Source of the DNA: Octopus sinensis
Taxonomy: Eukaryota
Direction: 5' to 3'
Length of the DNA stretch: 64,000 bases
NCBI RefSeq assembly: GCF_006345805.1
Contig: NC_043006.1
Span: forward strand, 45,384,001-45,448,000
Below, one piece after another: positions 1 through 12,474 of the stretch. The first letter of the stretch is position 1, and each line of letters starts with the position of its first letter. The position numbers were made by a program, and so were the translations under genes. The notes beneath the pieces were generated by a model. It was not told the DNA's origin and ran no database searches. It saw only the letters and a program-made list of their open reading frames with translations.

Positions 1-18
1 ATTTCTTCAATCACCAAT

Positions 19-23
<5 letters not shown>

Positions 24-93
<70 letters not shown>

Positions 94-145
94 TGTATGT
101 GTGTGTGTGTGTGTGGGTGGGTGTGTGGGTGTGTGTGTGTGTGTA
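24..145. repeat. (TA)n-(TG)n compound microsatellite
   Basis: Direct reading; explains ORF 20..265. Confidence 0.95.
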
Positions 146-318
146 ATGAGCTCTCTGGTCAATACCATAGCTGATAGCCCCACCGATCCTCTAATGAGCA
201 TTGTCTATGTGAGTATAGTAAAACAGAGAGGAAGAGAAGGAGGAGGTTTGTCATTTTCCTTATAAGTAGCAATCAAGCTCATTTATTCATATTGTTTTGA
301 ATTAATCAAAATGCTCAT

Positions 319-730
319 TTACTCTTTACTCTCTTTTACTCTTACTTGTTTCAATCATTTGACTGTGGCCATGCTGAAGCACTGCCCTTAGTTGAGCAAA
401 TCGACCCCAGAACTTATTCTTTGTAAGCCTAGTACTTATTCTATCGGTCACTTTTGCCGAACCGCTAAGTTATGGGGACGTAAACACACCAGCATTGGTT
501 GTCAACGATATTGGGGGGACAAACGCAGACACACAAACTTATACACACACATACATATATATATATACAATGGGCTTCTTTCAGTTTCCATCTACCAAAT
601 CCACTCACAAGCCTTTGGTCAGCCTGAGGTTATAGTAGAAGACACTTGCCCAAGGTGCCACGCAGTGGGACTGAACCCGGAACCATGTAGTTCGTAAGCA
701 AGCTATTTGCCACAGCCACTCCTACACCTA
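319..730 (-). mobile_element. tRNA-derived SINE, family A (CORE-type centre, internal microsatellite, LINE-like tail)
   Basis: Reverse complement shows a tRNA-like head with A/B boxes, ccttgggcaagtgtcttctactata centre, and the tail gcatggccacagtcaaatgattgaaacaagtaag; more than 12 homologous copies in the window. Confidence 0.9.
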
Positions 731-1082
731 TTTACATTGTTTTGAACTAATCATGCCTTATTATCTTGTAGCTTTATGATTTCAATGATGTGATTGTTTA
801 TTTTCAGAATGAGATTGTAGGGTAGGTGTGAGAGGTCAGATCTCAATGGTTTGAACATAAAACAGGTAGGTATTAATTGCTGGTAGGGACACCATATTTC
901 TTTAAGCAACTATAATACACTACCAAGTGTATTAAAGGATTATAAGCCAAAGCTGTGTGCTACCTGTGTTAGCAGTGCTATTCAATCACTTTTTGAAGTT
1001 ATCTCTACAGTGCTGGCTCTAGTTTCTATTGAAAATCTGAAGAGATAACTCTAAAAACATGTTAAGATATTTGAGCCAGATA

Positions 1083-1662
1083 CAGTGCTGGATTAACCAA
1101 AAAATCAAGGGAAGGAGGGGGCACTACAGAAATGGTAAATAGTTTATAGCATAAAAAAAATCACTTTAAACTTGCTAAAATAATATTCAGGATGCCTTTA
1201 AGGCAGTGAGCTGGCAGAAATGTTAGCACGCCAGGCGAAATGCTTAGCGGTATTTCATCTGTCTTTACATTCGGAGTTCAAATTCTGCCAAGGTCGACTT
1301 TGCCTTTCATCTTTTTGAGGGTCGATAAATTAAGCACCAGTTGCATACTGAGGTCGATCTAATCAACTGACCCCCTCCCCAACAATTTCGGGCCTTGTGC
1401 CTAGTGTAGAAAAGAATATTCGGGATGCCTTTATCTCTACTAAGTATAGATGCAGATGTGTTACTGAAGATAAATTTTGAGGATCTGATCAAAGACTTTG
1501 CAATTCAAAAAAGTAGGAGGAAAATTTTCTGATATAAATAAAGTAGAAGTATACAAAAATAAACATTATTTTCCCTCTTATATTTTGAATTACTTAATCT
1601 TTAATGGGGGCACCAAAATCTTTTAAGTGCTTAGGGCCTCAATGGGTCTTAATCTGGCCCTG
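1083..1662 (+). mobile_element. Non-autonomous hAT element with nested SINE
   Basis: Ends cagtgctggatta / taatctggccctg; perfect 8-bp TSD GCCAGATA (1075-1082, 1663-1670); internal FEDLIKDFAIQKSRRKIF* resembles the hAT C-terminal dimerisation region; two more copies in the window. Confidence 0.85.
1201..1414 (+). mobile_element. tRNA-derived SINE, family B
   Basis: Head ggcagtgagctggcagaa...ggagttcaaattc; centre gtcgactttgcctttcatc; flanked by aatattcaggatgccttta / aatattcgggatgccttta (18/19 duplication). Confidence 0.9.
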
Positions 1663-1682
1663 GCCAGATATAGTTGGTTTAA

Positions 1683-1889
1683 CCTTTTCGTTACTGCATT
1701 TATTTTGAGATGACCTGTGTGTCTTTCAATTAATTTTAAATATAACAAAGAACTTAGTAAGATAACTTAGTTATCATTAAGCTCGTTGTGACTAAGATTT
1801 GGTAAAAGATTTTAATTCAAAACTTATGAAAACAAGACATTTGTACTACAGAGCCAGAGGAGGTTTCAGCTGTGTTGGTATCGAAATGG
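1683..1889. mobile_element. piggyBac-like MITE
   Basis: TTAA on both flanks (1679-1682, 1890-1893); imperfect TIRs ccttttcgttac / gtatcgaaatgg; degenerate relative near 34820-35040. Confidence 0.65.
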
Positions 1890-3042
1890 TTAAACACTGA
1901 AGGATTAAATCCAATGAACCTTTCTAAGAAATGTTTTGTCTTGTGCATATGTTAGAAATTATTATCTTGTTTAACAACAAATTTGCTGGAGAATGTAACA
2001 AGATGTAGCTGTGCACAACCAGTAGACTGAAATAATACTCTTCATTTAGATGTTGAGATCTCTACAGAGGATTCGAGCAGTTCCAAGCAACTCTGTCTTG
2101 TGGATGCTCAATTTTCACACATACCCCTATCTTTGCAATCCAGTTTGTGAGTTTGAGACTTACAGTTCCCAAGACTCAAACAAGAATTACAACACTCCCT
2201 TTCGTCAATGACCACATTACTTTTATCCCCCACTTAAAATCATCCGATCTCGTTAGCGTCTCCTCTTCTCTTTCTGATACTCGGACATACAATATCTTGT
2301 GATTAAACAGGGTTTTCCCTCTTTATTCACAACTTAATCTGACTTCCAATGTTCAAATTCATGATCACATTGGATTATTACATCCCACATTTTCTTTACC
2401 TTGACGACATCATCATCATCACCACCACCACCACCACCATTACCACTACTATTACCACCACCACCACCACCACCACTACCGCCGCCACCACCACCATTAT
2501 CATCACTATCACCACAATAATCTTTTGATGCTTATTCTTGGCAAAACCAGGGGAAATCTTTTTCTCATATTTTGCACATGTGTGTGTGTGTGTATTTGTG
2601 TGCACGCACATGTGTGTGTGTATGTATGTAGATATATGAATGTAATGTATGTAGATATATGCATGTATGTATATATGTGTGCATGTATGTATGTATGTAT
2701 GTATGTATGTATGTATGTATGTATGTATGTGTGTCAGTGTGCATGTGTGTGTACATTGTCCATTCCATATCTATGATAAATGCTTAGATATTTCATAATT
2801 GAAAAAAATGCAAAAGTAAAATGCAAACATTCTGGAGAAAATTCTTGGTGACTTCCATCATTTGGAAGTAATTTACCATTCTTGCATTTATCTTTTCTGG
2901 CTTTTTGTGAAGAACATGGAGGAGCATTTTCTTTTATTCATTCATTGTTCTATTATTTTCTTTGGACAAAATAATCTGTGATTCTAAAATACTGGCTTTT
3001 TTAAAAACATGTTTATTTCCCACTTTTTTTTAATTACCATTG

Positions 3043-3043
3043 C

Positions 3044-3103
<60 letters not shown>

Positions 3104-3106
3104 TTG

Positions 3107-3138
<32 letters not shown>

Positions 3139-3500
3139 CATATATATATGTATGTATGTATGTACATATATATACATATATGTGTGTGTGAATGTATATA
3201 CATACATATATGTATAACTATATACATACATATATACATATATATATACACACACACATGTATACGTTTATATATACACACACATATATACAAACATACA
3301 TATATATACATATGTATTGACATATATATTCATATACATAGACATATAAACATGCATATACATACATATATATATATATAAACATATATACAGATACATA
3401 TATATATATGTGTATGTATGCATATATATATATATGTACACATATATATATACATATATGTGTATGTATGTATATCTGCATATATATATATACATATGTG

Positions 3501-3573
<73 letters not shown>

Positions 3574-3793
3574 TGTGTATGTATGTCTGTATAATATAAA
3601 ATATATGCATACATATATACACATGTATACATAATAGTCATACAAACACACACACACACATATATATATATACAAATGTATATGCATGTATGTGTGTGTA
3701 CATACATATTTATATATATCTACAATTATACATACATATACACATATTTATATATACATATATACACATACATATACATATACATATACATAC

Positions 3794-3824
<31 letters not shown>

Positions 3825-3835
3825 TGTATGTATGT
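3043..3835. repeat. About 0.8-kb compound (TG)/(TA)/(TATG)/(TACA) microsatellite
   Basis: Direct reading; explains all ORFs at 3009-3952. Similar tracts at 2405-2750, 6625-6810, 45660-45845 and 53700-53820. Confidence 0.95.
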
Positions 3836-3985
3836 GCACCGCAATATGTTTGCTATTTGCATAGCATTGTATTACATAAAACTCGTATTATAGTATTTGT
3901 GTCTTGTTACCCTTATGGCAAATTAAGAGATTATCTTTATTATTATTATTAACATCATCATCATCATTATTATTATCATTATTAT

Positions 3986-4019
<34 letters not shown>

Positions 4020-4285
4020 TTTATTTCGCACTGCTGCAGCAATGAAATGGAATTGCTTTTCATCTAATAGAACCTGATGCTGACTCTTTGATCAATTCAC
4101 AGCAAAAGTCTTTTTCTTTGCTTTTATTTTTGCTTAACTTATTTATTTAGTTATTTAATTTGCAGAAGGCAGCGGATGAGAAAATGGGATAAAAGAGAAG
4201 CAGAGTGGGTGATAGTTTTGTTGTGGTTCCTTCCATTGTTTTTACAATTTTGCACAAACTTATACAGGCACATATTCTATCTACT

Positions 4286-4328
<43 letters not shown>

Positions 4329-4631
4329 TCAAAATCACCATTTTGTTGTCCATTTTTTTCAGTGCCACAATAGACAATTTTGTCTAGCTGGATGCCTTTC
4401 CTGTTGCCAACATTGCTTGTTCCCAGCTGAGGAACATATTACCCTTCTCTTTCACACAACAAACTAAGCATTGATGTTTTACATTTTAAGCACATAAACA
4501 ACATAAAAATCACAGATAAGAAGACACATTTGCACAAACATGCACACACACACACACACAAATAAGCTTACATGTATGTGTGTGATGTGTATGTGTGTGT
4601 GTGTGTATATATATATTTATATATATATATA

Positions 4632-4900
4632 TAGGGCGATTTCACAAAAAAACAAAAGACGAAGACAGGTGGTGTAGACAACAAACAGATGTATTAGTAT
4701 GATGCTCGGGAAGGGAAAAAGTCTTTAACGTTTCGATCCTATGCTCTTCCACAGAAAGAAACAAGGGGAGAAAATAAAGAATGTGTAGTGGCTAGCAATC
4801 TATCATGTTGAATTCCGGACAGAAGGGTCACACAGGAGAGCTAGGAAGAAGGGGAGATAATAAAGTAGTGGTGATCCCAAAACAAAGGTGCACGTGCATG
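4632..4900 (-). mobile_element. Penelope-like element terminal-repeat fragment with hammerhead-like motif
   Basis: Homologous to 49716-50000; minus strand cttt-CTGTGGA-agagc-atag-gatc-GAAACGTT-aaag at 4758-4723. Confidence 0.6.
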
Positions 4901-5094
4901 TGTGTATGTGTGTGAAAATGTGGGTCTAGGAAGTGGTCAGTGCTGGTGTGTGCCTGGTGGTGTGTTGTGGTGTAATGTGTTGTGATATATACACATATAT
5001 ATATATATGCATATATCTCAACACATCACACCACAACACACCACCACGCACACACCGTGTATGTATGTATATGTGTATATGTATATGTATATAT

Positions 5095-5270
5095 GGCAGT
5101 GAGCAGGTAGAATTGTTAGCATGCCGAGTGAAATGCTAGAGGTATTTCATCCACCCTTACGTGCTCTGTGTTCAAATTCCGCCAAGTTCAACTCTGACTG
5201 TCATCCTTTTGGGGTTGATAAAATAAGTACCATATGAGCACTGGGATGGATGTAGTCAACTTAACTACTC
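5095..5270 (+). mobile_element. SINE family B, degenerate
   Basis: ggcagtgagcaggtagaattgttagc head and gataaaataagtacc centre. Confidence 0.75.
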
Positions 5271-5509
5271 CTGGGTATGAGTAATAAAATTGCATCCCTC
5301 AACCAAGCAGTGTGGTAGAGTAGGATCATCAAACCAGTATGATCTCAAGCTCAAATTAATGGCCTACACATCAAAGTGTGGCTGGTGGAGAGACATGCTG
5401 AAGCCCTTGCCCAGCAGTGAACAGAACATGGGCAATTCAATCCAATCACATACACACACACACACACACACACACATACATATTCATTTTTATTTTATTT
5501 TATTTTAAT

Positions 5510-6031
5510 TTTCTCTTAAAATGTTTCAGCTGCAAAGTTGTGGTCATGCTGGAGCACCACCATTGACTGAGCTACGCCATTATTTGGAACCTTCTCTAAT
5601 ATGTGGCATTTGGTCAATGAGGGAGTTTGATGCCGCTGCCTTCGTCTGTGTTTCCTGCCGTGAGGTAGGCTCGTCTGGAACCCGCAACAGGAAGAGATCC
5701 AGGTTTGTTTTAAAGACACTTACATCCACACCATGCAGGTCTCTCAGGCATTTTGGAAGAATATTAAAGAGTTGTGGGCCCTTGAAACCCAAACTGTTGC
5801 AGTATCTGGTCCTGTATTTTGAAGGCAATGCTGGGATCCTTGGCACTATGCAGTGGTGCCCCGTTCTGCAGTTTGAATAACTTTCAATGCCAAAGTTTGG
5901 TACAAGGCCTTCTAGGATTTCCCAGATGTATATGACTGCATATCTCTCCTGACTTCGTTCCAGGGAGAAGAGTTTTAATTCTTTCAGTCTTTCCCAGTAG
6001 CTGACATGTTGCATTGTGACAATTTTCTTAG
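5510..6031 (-). mobile_element. 5'-truncated CR1/L2-group LINE (C-terminus of ORF2 plus 3' UTR)
   Basis: ORF 5580..6053 encodes SYWERLKELKLFSLERSQERYAVIYIW...GPQLFNILP...VPDEP...SNSLIDQ, typical of the ORF2 end in this LINE group; its short 3' UTR matches the SINE A tail. Confidence 0.85.
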
Positions 6032-6635
6032 AGTATATATATATATCAGGCACATGCCATCAGTAATTACTCAGGGTAGGCAGTTAGTGACCTTTATGTA
6101 GTAAAACACACAAAAAATAAGCGACACACAGGCAAATGACTGAGTCGAAGGCAGATTTATTTACTTATGCCTTTATAGCACGTAAAGAAAACGGTATTGT
6201 AGAAATGTATACAGCATGTGTAGTACAGCATTACTATGCACAGCTTAAATACCGAGATTGAAAAGCAGGGATCAAAAAAATAACGTCTACCTAATCTACA
6301 AGAAAATAAAATATTTTGCATTTTATGCATCGTAATCAGAGTAACCTTCATAATTTTATTGAATTAGGTACATATTTTGCCACAAAAGGAAAATGTTGCT
6401 ATTGATCTCTTTTATTCAAGGTCTGTCCCTGATTTATAAATATATATATATGGAATAAACATCAGAGATGCTTTGCCCCATTCAGTGAGTGCAGGAGCTA
6501 CTCAGAAGTTTTGCAAGCTCTTCTAAATCCTTTACAGTATTGGAAACCCTTCCATATTGTCAGCAGGTATCTCAGGGTCACAAGCATTTCCTTACTTAAC
6601 CTGTATGCTTCACTTGAGTGGTGGTGATGGTGGTT

Positions 6636-6678
<43 letters not shown>

Positions 6679-6984
6679 CAATGATGATGATGGTGGTGGT
6701 GGTGGTGGTGGTGGTAGGATGATGATGATGATGAGGAGGAGGAGGAGGATTTCTCATACACACACACACACACACACACACAGAGTCATGTGTGTGTGTG
6801 TGTATGTGTAACTGCATACATTTATATGTTTGTGATGTTTGTTTAAAATCCTTGAGACATCATCATCATCATCATCATCATCATCACCACCACCATCATC
6901 ATTACCATCTTTATGTTCACTAGATATCTGATTTTCACATGCATATATGGAACTTCCCTGACCCAACTTCTCCCAAGTCTATTG

Positions 6985-7848
6985 CTGTTCTTTGTCATCT
7001 TCGATATTAAGTTCAACAGCCAGAGAATTTTGTTTTTTTCATCATTTCTTTCCCCATGTCTTCCTCTTCTACAAATGTTTTTTCCACTAGAATCACTTGG
7101 CACTTCTTTACAAAACTGTCATCCATAACAAGTGCAGTTTTCTCTCTTCCATACTACATCTGATTTCTTTTGTAACCAATTTTTTCCCTCTCGACTCAGT
7201 TACGCTCTGTCATTCATATACACTAACGTAACATATGAAGTGAAGCATGCTCTTTGCATTTCTTTCCAGCCATGTTTTGCTGCCATACACTATCACAATT
7301 TGTATGCAAATAACATACAATCTGCCCTTCATGTAGAGAAAGAATCTCATATTTACCAGCATGGTTCCGGGGTCAGTCCCACTGCGTGGCACCTTGGGCA
7401 AGTATCTTCTACTATATCTTCAGGCCGACCAAAGCCTTGTGAGTGGATTTGGTAGATGGAAACTAAAAGAAGCCTGTTGTATATATGTATATATATATAT
7501 GTATATGTGTGTATATGTTTGTGTGTCTATGTTTGTCACCCCAACATTGCTTGACAACTGATGCTGGTGTGTTTACGTCCCCGTAACTTAGCAGTTCGGC
7601 AAAAGAGACCGATAGAATAAGTACTAGGCTTACAAAGAATAAGTCCTGGGGTCGATTTGCTCGACGAAAGGCGGTGCTCCAGCATGGTCACAGTCAAATG
7701 ACTGAAACAAGTAAAAGAATAAAAGAGTAATGAGTAAAGAGCTAAACTATTAGCTACTATGCATTTAGAACACCCTCCTCCATGGTTAATTAGGCTACTT
7801 AGGTAACAAAAGTTATCAGCCACTTCTAGGTAGCTTTCTGACCATATG
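6985..7848 (-). mobile_element. Degenerate RTE-clade LINE 3' fragment interrupted by a SINE
   Basis: Peptides LEVADNFCYLSSLINHGGGCS (7845-7745), KGRLY...YGSKTWLERNAKSML and MDDSFVKKCQ..VE / CRRGR match RTE ORF2 C-terminal motifs; frameshifts and stops present. Confidence 0.75.
7356..7740 (+). mobile_element. SINE family A (head truncated), nested in the RTE relic
   Basis: Family A sequence from catggttccggg to the aaagagtaatgagtaaagag tail. Confidence 0.9.
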
Positions 7849-7914
<66 letters not shown>

Positions 7915-7964
7915 TACGCACACATGTATACATACATGCATACATACATACATTATTTACATTG

Positions 7965-8100
7965 GATGGATATGTATCCTCATCTTGTTTGTTTGTTACC
8001 ACTTTTTGGCTGATTTACCCTCCAGCCTTCATCAGGTGTCCTGGTAGAATTTTGAACCCAACCTTGGGTTCTCATTCCTAAGATATTTTTTGTTGATGTT
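7965..8100 (-). mobile_element. Penelope-like terminal fragment with hammerhead core CTGATGA
   Basis: Homologous to 31480-31600; minus strand gacac-CTGATGA-aggctg-gagggtaaat-cagcc-aaaaag. Confidence 0.6.
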
Positions 8101-8109
8101 ATTATTATC

Positions 8110-8400
8110 ATCATCATCATCATCATCATCGTTTAACGTCCGTTTTCCATGCTAGCATGGGTTGGACAGTTCAACTGGGGTCTGGGAAGCCAGAAGGCTG
8201 CGCCAAGCCTAGTCTGATCTGGCAGTGTTTCTATGGCTGGATGCCCTTCCTAATGCCAACCACTCCATGAGTATAGTGGGTGCCTTTTACGTGCCACCTG
8301 CACAGGTGCCAGACGAGGCTGGCAACGGCCACAATCAGATGGTGCATTTTACATGCCACCAGCACGGAGGTCAGTCGGGGCGGCGCTGGCAACGGCCACC
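8110..8400 (-). mobile_element. SINE family E (RTE-type tail ending in (GAT)n)
   Basis: catcatcgtttaacgtccgttttccatgctagcatggg...ggatgcccttcctaatgccaaccac; five copies in the window. Confidence 0.85.
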
Positions 8401-8794
8401 ATTATCAATAATATCAATACACTAACTTTTTGTTTTTGTCGTACCTGTTGTGTGCGTCATACTTCAAAGAGGTGGCAAAGCGAGAGAGGAGGACAGAGAG
8501 GAAGTAAGAGAGAGGGGGAGAGTGAGAGAGAAAGTGAGAGAGTGGGAGAGAAAGAGAGAGTGAAAGAGTCGCTGCTAAACCAATTATACTCCATCTAAGA
8601 ATATCTGAAGAAGGAATATTATTCCGAAATATCATATCAGACTATGGATGACTAAATTACAAGAGGTAAATAGCCCATTGTCTGTATTATAGTGCATTGC
8701 TATACTTTTCAAAACTTTTTATTCTTTATTTATTTATGGTCTAATTTATTTACTTTAAGGGTCTCTAGAGGCCTTAATCCAACCCTGACCAAAC

Positions 8795-9065
8795 CACTAA
8801 GTTAGAAGGATATAAACAATCCAACATCAATGGTCAAGCGATGTGAGGGACAAATGCAAATACACACACACATATATATATATGTGTGCATGTGCATGTG
8901 TGTGTGTATAATGAGCTTCCACAGTTTCCATTTGTTAAATTCATTCACAAGGTGCTAGTCAGCCCAGGGCTATAGTAGAAGACAGTTTTCCAAAGTGCTA
9001 CACAGTGGGGATGAACTCAAAACCACATGGCTGTAAAGGGAGCTTCTTAACCGTGAAGCCATGCT
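8795..9065 (-). mobile_element. SINE family A, degenerate
   Basis: gctatagtagaagacagttttccaaagtgctacacagtgggg; many CpG-type substitutions. Confidence 0.7.
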
Positions 9066-9094
9066 TGTTCCTGTATGTATTTTTTTTCTCTAGT

Positions 9095-9452
9095 TTCAGC
9101 TAAGAGCTGCGGCCATGCTGATGCACCACCAAGAGTGAGAGAAAGTTGTGGCGAAAGAGTCAGCAGAAGTTCGCCATTACCTTCGGCTAGAGTCACGTGG
9201 AGCTTAGATGTTTTGCTCATAAATACACACACATATCATCCGGTCTGAGATTCGAACCCGCGATCCCTCGACCACGAGTCCACTGCTCTAACCACTAGGC
9301 CATGTGCCACCCGGTCTGAGATTTGAACCCGCGACCCCTCGACCATGAGTCCACTGCTCTAACCACTAGGCCATGTGCCACCTGGTCTGAGATTTGAACC
9401 CGCGATTCCTCGACCGTGAGTCCACTGCTCTAACCACTAGGCCATGTGCCAC
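9095..9452 (-). mobile_element. SINE family D with triplicated tRNA-like head
   Basis: Body homologous to 44855-45168; three 71-bp head units at 9240, 9311 and 9382. Confidence 0.85.
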
Positions 9453-10286
9453 CATGCATATGAAAATATATGTTTCAAATATGTTTTGTACAACCACTAC
9501 TTCTGTGCCTGCATATATAAACGTCAGCATATATGCACATTTGCATGCACCGCTGCGTACTTTATGCAGTTCTTTTGTTATGACACAAAACAAAGATACA
9601 ACAGAAGCTAAGCAGCATGAATACAATAAAACAGACTGCATACTTATAGTTTGGTGAACTCAACGGTACACATATTTACAGACACAATTATAATAAGGAA
9701 AAAACAGCAACAGCTTAACATGCAAGCCTTCACAAAGTAACACAATTCAACTACTTGTCAGACATTAACATATATGCATTCCCCTGCAGATGACACCTTC
9801 AGAATAAAAGTGCATGTAATTAGAGGTTGACAGAGTGAGGAAGGCCTTAGACAAAATATAAAGTGGCATAGTCAAGATGAACTTACAGTTTCTTTTTTCA
9901 TATTTATTAAATGTAGAGGGCAGTGGATTTGCAGAATATGTCAAGTTGCAGACAAAATGCCATGTGGTATTTATTATTCAGGTATTTTAAATCCTACCGA
10001 GTTCAGTTTTACCATTCATCTTTCTAGGGGCTGCAATGTAGCTTGTTGGTGAAGGGAAGGACATTCCACCCTGGGTGACACTTTTATGTGGATGGCACTT
10101 TCAGATCTGCTGTATAGGCCTATATAGGGGTAGGGGTTACTCTTTTACTTGTTTCAGTCATTTGACTGTGATCATGCTGGAGCACCGCCTTTTAGTCAAG
10201 CAAATCGACCCCAGGACTTATTCTTTGTAAACCTAGTACTTATTCTATCAGTCTCTTTTGCTGAACCGCCAGGTTACAGGGACATA

Positions 10287-11578
10287 CGAGGGGCGTTCAA
10301 TAAGTAATGCCTCTGACCCACTTGCAGTTGTTTGATCTAGCTGAAATTTTGCATGTGCAATTATTCATATCTCCATAGATGAAGTGGTAAATTACAGCTC
10401 TGAATTAATTGTGGTTTCTGATTTACAGGTGTTTGAACTGAGTCAAGTGTGAAATAGAGCCTGTTGAGTGTCGGGCAGTGATCCGGTTTTTATATTTGAA
10501 AGGACGCACACCACGGGAGACTTTTGATGAAATGAAAGTAGCTTATGGTGATGATGCCCCATCATATGACCTTGTAAAACGCTGGCATTGTGAATTCAAA
10601 CATGGTCGGAACTCTGTGGAAACAGCTCCCAGATCTGGTCGCCCCCTACTGCTATTGATGAGGCATCTGTCCATCAAGTTGAGGCTGCCATTTTGGAAGA
10701 TCGACGCATAACTATTCGCCAAATAGCCCATGAGGTCAAGATTAGTACCGGGTCTGTGGAAACCAATCATTCATGACCATTTGCGTATGCAAAAGGTGTC
10801 TGCCATATGGATTCCCAGGTTGCTCACACCTTTCCGGAAGCAAGAACGCGTCGAGTGCTCGAGGACGAATTTGGAGATGTGCCAAGAAGATGAGTCAAAA
10901 TTTTTCAAAAGACTGATTACACAGGATGAAACCTGGGTCCATCACTATGATCCAGAGACAAAAGCCCAGTCAATGCAGTGGAAGCACCGTGACTCACCTC
11001 CTCCAAAGAAGGCAAGGGTGCAGCCCTCAGCTAGCAAGGTCATGCTCACAGTCTTCTGGGACCAGGATGGAGTAGTGATGACAGATTTCCTGGCAAAGGG
11101 TACCACAATTACAGGAGCCTATTATGCTTCACTTTTGATGAAATTAAGAGAAGCTATCAAAATCAAGAGGCGGGGCAAGATCAGCAAAGGCATCCTCCTC
11201 CTGCAGGACAACGCTCCGGTCCACAAATCGATGGTCGCCAGATCAGAAGCACAGGCGTGCGGCTATGAACTCCTCCCCCATGCCCCTACTCTCTTGACCT
11301 TGCACCCTCGGATTTTCACCTCTTCCCAGCCATGAAGTTGTTTTTGAAAGGAAAGCGTTTCCCAGATGATGCAGCCTTGATTTCTGAAGTCACGTCGTGG
11401 TTGGAGGACCAAGCTAGGGTCTTCTACAAAAACGGTCCCCAGAGTTGCATCAAACAATGGGAGAAATGCGTAACTCTGGGTGGTTTCTAGGTAGAAAAAG
11501 ACTAATAACTGTGCCAAGTTTCGTTGCTCTACTGCTATGGGAAGTGGGTCAGGGGCATTACTTATTGAACGCCCCTCG
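10287..11578 (+). mobile_element. Full-length mariner (DD34D) transposon, 1292 bp
   Basis: 37-bp TIRs cgaggggcgttcaataagtaatgcc(t/c)ctgacccactt with one mismatch; TA TSD at 10285-10286 and 11579-11580. Confidence 0.97.
10454..11505 (+). pseudogene. mariner transposase pseudogene
   Basis: Probable start decayed to ATA (10454); WIPRLL, TQDETW, QDNAPVH and LAPSDFHLF motifs with 34 residues between the last two Asp; frameshifts near 10650, 10765 and 11285, plus a late TAG. Confidence 0.93.
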
Positions 11579-12474
11579 TAAACACACCAGCATCGGTTGT
11601 CAAGCGATGTTGGGGGGAACAAACACAGACACACAAACATATATATACACACACAGATATACGACGGGCTTCTTTCAGTTTCCATCTGCCAGATCCACTC
11701 ACAAGGCTTTGGTCGGTCCGAGGCTATAGTAGAAGACACTTGCCCAAGGTACCACGCAGTGGGACTGAACCTGGAACCCGGAATTATATTTTTACATAAC
11801 TATAAAAATATTATAGGAGGGTCTATCTGAGTAAAATAGGAATGAAAGGGGTCCATAGGGGGAAAATGGTTGAGAAACACTAATGTAGAGCAAGCAGAGG
11901 CAACCTTTCTTACTAAGTGGGTTGCATAGGCCACACTCAAGGTAGATTTTCGTTAGACTTCAGGAAGTCCTATGGGTAATAGTTACCCACGACTGATATC
12001 AATGGTACTTTTGATTTCCAAAATTGCAAAGATTTTTTTGTTAGATTTTTTTTTATTTTCCCAGAGTTTAAGCACTCCATATAGAAACTTTTCAAAATGC
12101 AAAATACATTTGCTTCCATTTGCATATACAGAAGTATCTTATGCACTTTTTAAAACAAGGAAATAAAGTCCCAAGGATCAGGGTTTAGGAGTTTAAGGGA
12201 TGAGGATTTAGGATTAAAGTTTAAAGTTAGGGTTAGGGTTGCGATTAGATAAAAATTTAATTTTTTCCTTTTAATTACTTTTTTTTAAAGAAATTTTCTA
12301 TTTCTAAGGAGGATTTGACTGCTATTTCAGCATTGAATGTCTTAAATACTGGATGCCACGACGTCTGTTTTTCAAAATATATATCTTTTTCGAAACCGTT
12401 GTTCCAGCCGTGACAATTCCTTATATATATATATTTTGGGGGGTGGGGGCATAGTTTAATTCGATTCTCAACAC

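Larger units (their letters stand above)
10138..11778 (-). mobile_element. SINE family A split by a mariner insertion
   Basis: 10138-10286 and 11579-11778 rejoin at gggacaTAaacacacc into a continuous family A copy. Confidence 0.9.

Noticed and set aside
9240-9452. Tandem tRNA genes
   Set aside because: A and B boxes are present but there is no clean acceptor or anticodon stem, and the units are attached to a SINE body
12185-12245. Telomere or chromosome-fusion site
   Set aside because: Only two or three exact TTAGGG units in a degenerate run; similar runs occur inside a MITE
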